DNA of 52,203 bases from Kiritimatiellia bacterium. GTDB taxonomy: Bacteria > Verrucomicrobiota > Kiritimatiellia > UBA8416 > JAIOPI01. The DNA lies in contig JBLHHU010000001.1 of the NCBI GenBank assembly GCA_047615735.1, positions 1-52,203 of the forward strand, read 5' to 3'. Both the position numbers and the translations under genes were made by a program. Numbering within the stretch: the stretch's first letter is position 1; each line of letters starts with the position of its first letter. The notes under the pieces are model-generated. The model was not told the origin of the DNA. It ran no database searches and saw only the letters and a program-made list of their open reading frames with translations. Positions 35,373 through 43,730 of the stretch are shown here, piece after piece.

Positions 35373-36044
35373 ATGAAGAACCGTAACACTGCATACCTGA
35401 CGATGGGATTACTCGCTTTTGCTGGCCTGACGGTTACGCAAGCCGCGCCACTGCAGCTGAGTATCTTTGATCCTATTGCCTTACAATCATCTGATACCGA
35501 CATCAGCGGCATTCGACTCAACCTCATCTACGCCAAGAACGCAAACGTCACGGGCTTCGATTTGGGATTGGCCAACAAAACGACCGGCAATGTTAAGGGA
35601 ATCCAACTTGGTGCGCTGAACTGCGTGGAGGGTGATGTCAACGGCCTTCAGTACGGTTTTCTAGCAAACCACGCCGGCGGTGATGCTTCCGGAGTCCAAC
35701 AAGCCTGGTTGGTGAATTGCGTCGCAGGCAATGTTACAGGTGCACAGATGGCCGGCATTCTCAACAAAGTCAACGGTGACGTCGCGGGCGTCCAAGGTGC
35801 TTTGATCAATTGGCCTACAGGCGCACTGACGGGCGTGCAGTTCGGTGGCCTGAACTGTGCTGGATCCGTTGAAGGCGTTCAGCTTGGCGTGCTCAATCAC
35901 TCTGCAAGCGTTGATGGTCTCCAGGTGGGTCTGTTCAATTGCGCCAATGAACTCATGGGCATCCAGATTGGTCTGCTCAACCGTGTCGGTTCGCGCGACG
36001 TTCTCGCTGGCGGCCTTCTCCCCTTCGTCAACGCAGCCTGGTAA
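35373..36044 (+). CDS. Secreted repeat protein with about ten ~15-aa V-x-G-[IVL]-Q-x-G-x-[LI]-N repeats (solenoid-like)
   Basis: The ATG at 35373 is preceded by AAAGGAA. Signal peptide MKNRNTAYLTMGLLAFAGLTVTQA. Repeats include VKGIQLGALN, VNGLQYGFLAN, VEGVQLGVLN, VDGLQVGLFN and LMGIQIGLLN. Confidence 0.75.
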   Translation: MKNRNTAYLTMGLLAFAGLTVTQAAPLQLSIFDPIALQSSDTDISGIRLNLIYAKNANVTGFDLGLANKTTGNVKGIQLGALNCVEGDVNGLQYGFLANHAGGDASGVQQAWLVNCVAGNVTGAQMAGILNKVNGDVAGVQGALINWPTGALTGVQFGGLNCAGSVEGVQLGVLNHSASVDGLQVGLFNCANELMGIQIGLLNRVGSRDVLAGGLLPFVNAAW

Positions 36045-36073
36045 AACGCACCGTCATACAATCGGTATTATAC

Positions 36074-36106
36074 GAAAGGGAACCTCTCGGGGTTCCCTTT
36101 CTTTTT
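36074..36106 (+). terminator. Rho-independent terminator
   Basis: GAAAGGGAACC (36074-36084), loop TCTCGG, GGTTCCCTTTC (36091-36101), then TTTTT (36102-36106), 30 nt after the stop at 36044. Confidence 0.75.
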
Positions 36107-36138
36107 AGCGACTAATAAACCAACGCGTGAAGGTTACG

Positions 36139-36672
36139 CTACTTCAAGGTTCCGGGCTCAATCAAAGACACGTGGCCATCCATGAATACGCCCAGCGCTT
36201 TTCCGCAATGGCGGTAATTGAGAAGTGTTTCGCCTTCCTGCATCCAGCCCAACTGCCCGATCCCGCCGCCCGCTACGACGATACGGTCCGTATCCACCTT
36301 GAGTGCGGTTGCGTTCTTGCGGAGGTAACGGATCGCAGACTTGGCGTCTTTCACGCATTCAAGCGGAACGGCGATCTTGTCGCGATCGCGCAAACGATAA
36401 TCCACCGACGCCGCGATCATGCCGCGACGGGCCCAATAGCGACAATCCGGATAGTGCCAACTGGCGTCACCCGCATTCCAACTACCGCCATGAAAAACCA
36501 CGAACGTTGAAAATTGATTGCCGCTTTCATAGTCGGCAGGCAGAAAGACGGACATCTGAAGATCCTTGCCATCGACCGATTTGTAGGTCCACATCGCGTC
36601 GGGATCTGAAGCGGCGTATGCCGTGTTCAGCAAGAGCAAACAAAGTAGATATAAACATCTCATCCGATTCAC
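36139..36672 (-). CDS. Degenerate alpha/beta-hydrolase (esterase-like) fragment with an H-X9-DG-like tail; possible gene remnant or fusion
   Basis: Signal peptide, then FVVFHGGSWNAGD..VDYRL..DRIVVAGG. The nucleophile elbow reads GGGIG (no Ser) and the ORF ends at 177 aa with ..RHCGKALGVFMDGHVSLI (H, 9 residues, DG). Confidence 0.5.
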   Translation of the reverse strand: MNRMRCLYLLCLLLLNTAYAASDPDAMWTYKSVDGKDLQMSVFLPADYESGNQFSTFVVFHGGSWNAGDASWHYPDCRYWARRGMIAASVDYRLRDRDKIAVPLECVKDAKSAIRYLRKNATALKVDTDRIVVAGGGIGQLGWMQEGETLLNYRHCGKALGVFMDGHVSLIEPGTLK

Positions 36673-36693
36673 TCCAACGTTCAGTATTCTACA

Positions 36694-39093
36694 CTAAGCC
36701 GTCACAACATCAGACGGTCGGTTTGGACGGGTCAGTGAGCCGTCGATAAGCGTCACGACATCCGCATCAAGCGTCACCGAGACCTGCCGTTGCGCGCCGA
36801 ACGGCAAAAACACGTCGACCGTCTGCGACGTACCCATTGAGCACAGCTCAACACGCAGCTCGCTCTGATCCACACACCACGTTATAGCCACGCGCACACC
36901 GCCGCGCGCCATCATACCTTTGACCGAGCCGCGAGGCCACTTCGCGGGCAGCGCGGGTAGAATAGAAATCTGACCGGGCAGCGAAAAGAGGAGCATCTCC
37001 TGCACCGCTGCCGTCCAGCCCATGTTGGCGTCGATCTGAAACGGCGCCCATGCCATATCCACACCGATACCCATGTTTCGCCAACCGTTGTGCGTCGTAT
37101 AGAAATTATTGGTGATGCAAGAACGCGCCAGCAGGTCCATACATTCCAGAGCACGATCCCCTTCGTGTAAACGTGCGAACACGCTGGCCATATGTGCCAA
37201 CGACCATCCGGTCTGTTCGCTAATCCCAATCGTCAGTCTTTTTAGGACGGACACTTCAAAGGCAGCGAACAGTTCAGGATCAGATGTGCGTGTCACCTCG
37301 GTTCCTGGAAAGATCGGATACACATGCGACAGATGGCGATGATGATTATTGTCGTCAAAGGCAGGATGCATCCACTCTTGCACCGAACCATCCTCGTTCA
37401 ACGCATAAGCGGGAATTCGGGTGAGCATCTTACGCCATTTAGGAATCTCTTGCGCGTAAACACCGGCCACTTCCGCACCCGCAATGAGGTGTGTCAGCGA
37501 TTCTTTGGCCAGGGCGAAATCCATGGTCGCGTTGATCGTGGTTGGCATACGCGACCCCATGCCCTCGCCATCCCAATAGTTTCCAGGCGTATTCTCGGGC
37601 GAGTTGGATGGCGAACTTACAAATAGACCGTCGTCGCCAATTGTAAAGAAGTCTTCATAGAATAGCGCGGTCTCCCGCAGGAACGGCAGCGCGCGTTCGC
37701 GCAGAAAGGCAAGATCTCCTGTGTATAGATAATAGTCATAGTAATGCTGCGCGACCCATGCCGCGCCACCGGTCCAGGCGATGATGTGAGGCGCAATGGT
37801 CTTAAGCAAACCCGACCTGGGTTCCGTAGGCGCTGGCACAAAAATACCGCGACACGCGAAGAGTTTCTGCGCATTCTCCCGAAAATCATCCATCAGGCCA
37901 TCGAAATAGTCGAAGACAGGCAGCGTGGTCTCGGCCAGTCCACCAGCAAGGGCCTGCCAATAGATCATCGGCAGGTTCACGTTCACCATATGGAACGTCC
38001 AGCACCCGCGGTAAGAACCGGACCACTTACCATGCAACGGACATGGCTTTCCACCTGAACGTGAACTTGAAATAAGCAGATATCGCCCATAGGCCCACAT
38101 CTTCTCAACCAATTCCGTCGACGCTTCTCCCTGATAGGCATCCAGCAACAGTTCTTCGTTGCAGTGTTCGTGCGCAGAAGCGTCACCACCCAAGTCGAGT
38201 GCCACACTGCGAAAAAGGTCGCCATGCTCAGCCGCATGTGGCGCGAGCAGGGTGGCATAATTCATCTCAAACGTATCGAGCGAACGCTTCAACTCGCCCC
38301 AGGCGGCGTGGCGTTCATCCTGAACGAAGAGCTTCACGACAATAACCGCATGGGCCGCACCTTCAATGTGTAACCCATCATCACGTACCGAGAGGACTGG
38401 CGGTTCAGCGCCTGCGTGCGAAAAAGGAAGGATTCGCGCAACGGCACCAAAGTCCGTTCCATCGTCGTTACGCGCGGCATAACAAATCATACCCGCCGCG
38501 TCACTCATCACCTCGAGATCAACGGGCAAAGGAACACTCACGCCATGAATGTTATGCACATCCGCGCGCTCATGAAGGTCAAGGGCCAGATCCATCACCA
38601 GCGGTCCATCAGCGCACGAGACCTGCATGACAACGACATCGTCCGTTCGAGACACGAACAGAGACCGCTTGTACGACGCATCCCCATCCATCCACGTGAC
38701 GCACACCTCCCCGGTTTCCATATCAAGTGTACGACGGTACTTTTTGAAGCCTTTACGAACCGGCATTGAAATTTTCAGGTCACCCAATGGAAGCGGCGAC
38801 CCCATCTGAGGAGCGTATCCGCGCCGCTTCAATTCGTCCGCGATGATTCGATCAGCAGATTCTGCCTGCCCCGTATCAAGAAGCCGTCGCACCTCGGGCA
38901 ATTTAGAACTGACATCAGGGAGTTCAGGAGTCACCGCGCCATGCCAAAGATCCTCGTGCGTTAAAAGGATCTTTTCGTCATGAACCGCACCATATACGGC
39001 AGCCCCGATCGTCCCGTTTCCTGAAGGTAGCGCGTCGCGCCATTTCGCCCCCCACCAGGAAGCTGGCGTTTTCATGTTAAGTTTAGTTTTCAT
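36694..39093 (-). CDS. Glycoside hydrolase family 95 (alpha-L-fucosidase-like)
   Basis: N-terminus WWGAKWRDALPSGNGTIGAAVYG..LTHEDLWHG, typical of GH95, and about 800 aa long. The start is uncertain (ATG 39093 or 39075, GTG 39129). Confidence 0.85.
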   Translation of the reverse strand: MKTKLNMKTPASWWGAKWRDALPSGNGTIGAAVYGAVHDEKILLTHEDLWHGAVTPELPDVSSKLPEVRRLLDTGQAESADRIIADELKRRGYAPQMGSPLPLGDLKISMPVRKGFKKYRRTLDMETGEVCVTWMDGDASYKRSLFVSRTDDVVVMQVSCADGPLVMDLALDLHERADVHNIHGVSVPLPVDLEVMSDAAGMICYAARNDDGTDFGAVARILPFSHAGAEPPVLSVRDDGLHIEGAAHAVIVVKLFVQDERHAAWGELKRSLDTFEMNYATLLAPHAAEHGDLFRSVALDLGGDASAHEHCNEELLLDAYQGEASTELVEKMWAYGRYLLISSSRSGGKPCPLHGKWSGSYRGCWTFHMVNVNLPMIYWQALAGGLAETTLPVFDYFDGLMDDFRENAQKLFACRGIFVPAPTEPRSGLLKTIAPHIIAWTGGAAWVAQHYYDYYLYTGDLAFLRERALPFLRETALFYEDFFTIGDDGLFVSSPSNSPENTPGNYWDGEGMGSRMPTTINATMDFALAKESLTHLIAGAEVAGVYAQEIPKWRKMLTRIPAYALNEDGSVQEWMHPAFDDNNHHRHLSHVYPIFPGTEVTRTSDPELFAAFEVSVLKRLTIGISEQTGWSLAHMASVFARLHEGDRALECMDLLARSCITNNFYTTHNGWRNMGIGVDMAWAPFQIDANMGWTAAVQEMLLFSLPGQISILPALPAKWPRGSVKGMMARGGVRVAITWCVDQSELRVELCSMGTSQTVDVFLPFGAQRQVSVTLDADVVTLIDGSLTRPNRPSDVVTA

Positions 39094-39258
39094 ATAAGTA
39101 TCAACAATTTTTGCATTTAAGCATAACACAAAAAGATATACAAGTAGTTACATATCGTTATGAAACCATTTTTCTTCTATTACAATTGACAATGCATGCC
39201 CTGCATGACTAGCTGAATTGGTGAACGGGAATATACAGGGCATATAAGGGGAAGCACC

Positions 39259-40290
39259 GTGAAGAAATCAAATGAACGCGTTACAATGAAGTCAATCGCC
39301 GAGGAAGCCGGCGTGACGCTGACGACTGTATCGCGCATTCTTAATCAAAAGGGCGATAAATACGCTCCCGCGACCAAGGACAAAATTTTCGCCATCGCGA
39401 AACGCCTCAAATACCGCCCCAACGCCCTCGTCCTAGGCATGCAAAGCGGTATCACGCACACCGCTGGCGTCATGATTCCGACCGACAGCCAATTCTACGC
39501 CCAGCTTGTCGCGGGCATCCACGCTCGTTTTCATGAGAACGATACCATCATGTTGCTGAGCTGGAACCCAGCATTCAAGACCGACAAAGACGATCAACAG
39601 GAACGACACATTATTCATCAACTTCTCGATCGACGCGTCGACGGCATCATCCTGCGCCCCGGTAATGAACATTGCGAACGCTCCTATTTTGAAGAAATCT
39701 GGGACCGCGGCGTACCGTTCATCACCGTGGACCGAGAGATGGCAGAAACAGTCACCGATTTCGTTGGTACGGACGACCTCGTCGTGGGTCACGAGGCGGC
39801 AAAACACCTGCTCGGTTTAGGGCATCAACGCGTGCTTTTTCTAGGTGACAGCCCTGAGGTGAGTACCTCGCAACGACGCGAAGACGGATTTCGAAAAGTT
39901 TTCAGCGAAGCCCCTCACGCCTCCTGCCAATGCCTAAATTTTGACAACGGTGACGGCGAAGTTGCCCTTCTTGAGATCTTACGGTCCAAAGAGCGTCCCA
40001 CCGCAATTTTTGCTTACAACGACCCTATTGCTGAACACGCGGGAAACATGATTCTTCAAGAAGGACTCAAGGTTCCTGATGACATCTCACTGATGGGATG
40101 CGGCAATCAGCCCACTGGAACCTTCCCGTTTTTGATAACGACCTTCGACCAGCAGCCGTTTCTCGTTGGTAGAGCCGCTGCAGAGCTTTATCTCGAACGT
40201 GTCGACAAGAAGAGCACGACAAGTGTACGGCGCGAACTGATCCCCGCGAAACTCATCCAGCGCAGCTCAACCGCAGCGCCTCATAAGTAA
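39259..40290 (+). CDS. LacI-family transcriptional regulator
   Basis: HTH VTMKSIAEEAGVTLTTVSRILNQ plus a periplasmic-binding-fold C-terminus. The GTG at 39259 is preceded by AAGGGG. An alternative ATG lies at 39286. Confidence 0.88.
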   Translation: MKKSNERVTMKSIAEEAGVTLTTVSRILNQKGDKYAPATKDKIFAIAKRLKYRPNALVLGMQSGITHTAGVMIPTDSQFYAQLVAGIHARFHENDTIMLLSWNPAFKTDKDDQQERHIIHQLLDRRVDGIILRPGNEHCERSYFEEIWDRGVPFITVDREMAETVTDFVGTDDLVVGHEAAKHLLGLGHQRVLFLGDSPEVSTSQRREDGFRKVFSEAPHASCQCLNFDNGDGEVALLEILRSKERPTAIFAYNDPIAEHAGNMILQEGLKVPDDISLMGCGNQPTGTFPFLITTFDQQPFLVGRAAAELYLERVDKKSTTSVRRELIPAKLIQRSSTAAPHK

Positions 40291-40380
40291 GTCATTTCTG
40301 GCAAGCAAGCCCCTACCCAACCGACCGCTACAGTTGGTTACTGTTCTACATCGTAAATAGAGTTAAATAGGAACAACCCT

Positions 40381-41733
40381 ATGCCACCCATCAGTCGACG
40401 CCGTTTCATAAAGACGTCTGCAGCCGTCGCGGGCACATTTTCTCTGCCCTCGTTCTCAATCGGGAAACCGGGCGAGTCTGCCAATAGCAAGGTGAATGCG
40501 GCCGTCATCGGTGCGGGGGGCATGGGGAGCTATGCGACCCAGCAAGCCGCGCAAGAGAACTTCATTTCAATCTGCGATGTTGACGAAAACCGTGCCGCAC
40601 GTGCGTTCAAAAATAATCCCAACGTACCGCGATACAAAGATTTCCGGGTCATGCTTGATAAGCACGACAAAGAGATCGATGCGGTATCCATTTCGACACC
40701 CGATCACACCCATTTCGCTGCGGCTATGGCGGCAATGGAACGCGGCAAGCACGTTTTCGTCCAGAAACCAATGGCGCACAATATATGGCAGCTTCGCGCT
40801 CTTCGTCGGGCCGCAAAGAAGTACAACGTCATCACGCAAATGGGGAACCAAGGCCACACCTTTGAAGGTATGCGAAGAATAAAAGAATGGGTGGATGCGG
40901 ATATCATCGGCGATGTGACAGAAGTCATAACATGGACCAATCGCCCCAAAGCGCCCTGGTTCGTCCCCCCTGAGTCTTTCCCACCCGCGACGACGGATGT
41001 GCCTGCCACGCTGGACTGGGATCTATGGCACGGGCCCGTCGAAATGAAACCCTACAGCCCCATCTACACACCAACCCGCTGGCGTGGATGGTGGGACTAC
41101 GGATGCGGTTCACTCGGCGATATCGGGTGCCACACCTTTGATGCCCCCTTCTGGGTACTCGGCCTCGGGTCGCCCACCCGAGTAGAGGTCGATCGAATAG
41201 AACCACCGGGATCTGGGTTCATTCCCATGAGCTCCGTCATCACGTATCACTTCCCCGCACGCGGCGCAAAACCGCCTGTTACACTAAAGTGGTTTGAGAA
41301 AGGCTACGACGTGCCGATGCCAAAACGTTGGGATGAAAACAAAGCGCTTCACAGCGAGGGCGGAATGTACATGGAAGGAAGTAAGGAAACGCTCTACCAT
41401 GCCGGCATGCGACCAAAGAGTCCCCAGATCACGCCGAACGCTCGCTTCATGGACGCCAAACCAAAACTGGCAGAGCTCGAACGCCTGCCCAAAGCCGTTG
41501 GTGGCCCGATCGAGGAATGGTACCACGCCATCAAAGGCGGACCAGCACCCGGCTCAAACTTCGACTATGCGGCACCCCTCACCGAAATGGTCCTTCTCGG
41601 TGTGCTCGCACAGCGCAGCGGCAAGACCATCGAGTGGGACGCAGAGCAGATGAAGGTCAAGGGCCAACCTGAATTCGATGCCCTAATCAAAGAACCGACC
41701 CGCGACGGTTGGGCCTATGGAGAAGGGGTCTAA
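40381..41733 (+). CDS. Tat-exported Gfo/Idh/MocA-family NAD-dependent oxidoreductase (GH109-like architecture)
   Basis: Twin-arginine signal ISRRRFIKTSAAVAG and Rossmann motif VIGAGGMGS. Confidence 0.85.
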   Translation: MPPISRRRFIKTSAAVAGTFSLPSFSIGKPGESANSKVNAAVIGAGGMGSYATQQAAQENFISICDVDENRAARAFKNNPNVPRYKDFRVMLDKHDKEIDAVSISTPDHTHFAAAMAAMERGKHVFVQKPMAHNIWQLRALRRAAKKYNVITQMGNQGHTFEGMRRIKEWVDADIIGDVTEVITWTNRPKAPWFVPPESFPPATTDVPATLDWDLWHGPVEMKPYSPIYTPTRWRGWWDYGCGSLGDIGCHTFDAPFWVLGLGSPTRVEVDRIEPPGSGFIPMSSVITYHFPARGAKPPVTLKWFEKGYDVPMPKRWDENKALHSEGGMYMEGSKETLYHAGMRPKSPQITPNARFMDAKPKLAELERLPKAVGGPIEEWYHAIKGGPAPGSNFDYAAPLTEMVLLGVLAQRSGKTIEWDAEQMKVKGQPEFDALIKEPTRDGWAYGEGV

Positions 41734-41748
41734 GCACACCACCTCGGA

Positions 41749-42085
41749 GATCCACGCGCTGGCGCGCGCGGCTACGCATTGATCCTCGCCAATCCTAATC
41801 GCACTCTCCTCATCCCCCGCAGCGAACTTGTGAGCAACTGGCTTCCCGGAGGGAAGCAGCGAAGCGGCAATCCAGCCGGAGGCGGCTCCGCCGGGATATG
41901 CGATTGAGAGAGTGCGATTAGGATTGGCGACACAGCTCATATTCCTTTGTCTTCAGCGTCCTATCTAAATGCGAGGACTGTCTACTTTTTCCGGGCAGGG
42001 TCAAGATCCACGCGCTGGCGCGCGCAGCTACGTGGAATCTCGCCGTGGCTCGTCTCCCGTAGCCGCCTGCGCCAGCAGGTGGATC
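41749..42085. repeat. Cluster of palindromic repeats (mosaic, BIME-like) between convergent genes
   Basis: The 28-mer GATCCACGCGCTGGCGCGCGCGGCTACG (41749-41776) is repeated directly at 42005-42032 (27/28) and in inverted form at 42058-42085 (about 22/28). A perfect 23-bp IR, TCGCCAATCCTAATCGCACTCTC (41786-41808), pairs with 41908-41930. Confidence 0.85.
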
Positions 42086-42129
42086 ATCTCATTCTAAGAG
42101 CCACACCCCAGACAGAATAGTATCCTGAT

Positions 42130-43605
42130 TCATTTGATATCCTTGGGTCTCACGATGCCCACGGTGAGCGTCACGGGTTTTCCGTGGGAGGTCAACGCGG
42201 ATGCCAGTTCGAATCCGTTGGGTGCTTCCCGATAAACAAAGCAACCGCTTCCGAACGGGTCCACAGATTTATCCGCCGCCGTGGTACCCAACCGCACAAT
42301 ATCGATAGCAGTCGTCAGCATCTGGCGGCGAACCTGTACGACGTCTGCCCGCTTCCGAGCACCGGAAATATTGGGGAGCAACTGCCTGGTAAGCGCATTG
42401 CCCAGGGCAATCTCTTCCTCGAAATCAGCCTGCCATTGCCGGAACGCATCGTAGGGAAGGCTGACCGCTTCGACCAAGCGTCCAAAATCTGCGCTGGTTT
42501 CGTGAATCATAGCAAGTGGGGATACGCCGGCATCACCGGCGCTCTCCAACAGCTCTTTCGCCATATCAGGACCAAAAACCTTGGCAAGCGTTTCCTCCGA
42601 CACATGAAAATCCAAAGCAACAAGTTGCCTTGACCGAAGTTCCACGAGCGTCGCGCGACCGTCCTTGATGAGAACCGCCTCCTCGCGTTCATAGTCTGCA
42701 GAAACCAATTCGACACCGCGTTTCTTCTGACCCAGTTTCAAGAAGAAACTGTCACCGCCCTTCGTCTCCAACCCGATCTGGATAGGTAAGCCTCCAATTT
42801 CAATGATGGCACACACGCTCAGTTCGTCGGCTAGAGAACGCTCACGAGATAGTGTCGCATCGCTTGTTGCGTCGCTACCGTCTGTTAGACGTGCCCGTGA
42901 CGCGTGCGTGCGTCCGAGCTGGTCCTCTTCCATGTCTTGCCGAATCCTTTTTATAAACCAATCGACACCAAGCGTCTTCTCCATTGCGACGGCGGAGCGG
43001 AGGTCCCCCCCCGCAGGGCTATTCCCCCATTGATCCGCCAGAGACGCCAGAGCCTCATCGGAAAGATCGAGAAGATGCCGGGCTAGCGCGTCAACGACTC
43101 TGCTCTCCAAGGCGTACTCCACCAAGAGGGAAATAAGGGGGCCGTCTCTCCCCGTGTGGCGTGCCGCAGCCAAGGCCGCGAATTGGTCCTTCAGAAATGC
43201 GTTAGGCCTGTGCGGCAGCTGCGCTTCGGCATGCCGTTGGGCCATGACGACTAAATCCCGAATTGGGCCGAGGTGCGTCAGCTTGGTGTTGAAACCGTCT
43301 TCCTCCCATGGCAGCCCCCAATGGGCGTCCGGGATGCTTGCAGCGCTGTACAGGAGCTGAAGACTGGGCTCCATGCTCTGCAACCACTCGGAATGACGAT
43401 CACCCACAGACGCGGCAGCATCTCGCAGCCAGGTCTTCTGCTCTTGCGTAAACTGGGGCATGCGTTCAATAGCCTGGCGCAAAACGGTCGCCGCATTGCT
43501 GACGGTTCCGAGCGGCTCCTGGGCCTGCAACCCCGGCAGCATCAGCAACGGGCCCGATAGCATCAGAACGATATATAGCGTCTTATTCAAAACGTGTCTC
43601 ATCAC
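42130..43605 (-). CDS. Secreted hypothetical protein (491 aa)
   Basis: Long ORF with signal peptide MMRHVLNKTLYIVLMLSGPLLMLPGLQAQ. No motif recognised. Confidence 0.7.
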   Translation of the reverse strand: MMRHVLNKTLYIVLMLSGPLLMLPGLQAQEPLGTVSNAATVLRQAIERMPQFTQEQKTWLRDAAASVGDRHSEWLQSMEPSLQLLYSAASIPDAHWGLPWEEDGFNTKLTHLGPIRDLVVMAQRHAEAQLPHRPNAFLKDQFAALAAARHTGRDGPLISLLVEYALESRVVDALARHLLDLSDEALASLADQWGNSPAGGDLRSAVAMEKTLGVDWFIKRIRQDMEEDQLGRTHASRARLTDGSDATSDATLSRERSLADELSVCAIIEIGGLPIQIGLETKGGDSFFLKLGQKKRGVELVSADYEREEAVLIKDGRATLVELRSRQLVALDFHVSEETLAKVFGPDMAKELLESAGDAGVSPLAMIHETSADFGRLVEAVSLPYDAFRQWQADFEEEIALGNALTRQLLPNISGARKRADVVQVRRQMLTTAIDIVRLGTTAADKSVDPFGSGCFVYREAPNGFELASALTSHGKPVTLTVGIVRPKDIK

Positions 43606-43730
43606 TCAGCTGAGCATTCTGGTCCATTTTCAGACCGGCACCCTGTCCCCACTTGCCGAAACCGCTGGTTGCATAGACGGCGTCTTTGAGAATATTACGT
43701 CGTTTCATTTTTAACATGCTCCATGCACTG

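Noticed and set aside
39130-39258. GH95/LacI divergent intergenic region searched for a LacI-type operator (TGnAAnCGnTTnCA-like palindrome) and a sigma70 promoter.
   Set aside because: Only a half-site-like TGAAACC and a TTGACA without a convincing -10 were seen, so nothing is supportable.
43583-43708. 41-codon minus-strand mini-ORF MKRRNILKDAVYATSGFGKWGQGAG.. with a Tat-like RR N-terminus, lying between the sulfatase and the orphan secreted protein.
   Set aside because: It is too short, overlaps the start of the downstream gene by 23 nt and has no RBS. It may be the relic of a truncated Tat-exported gene, but that cannot be shown from this window.
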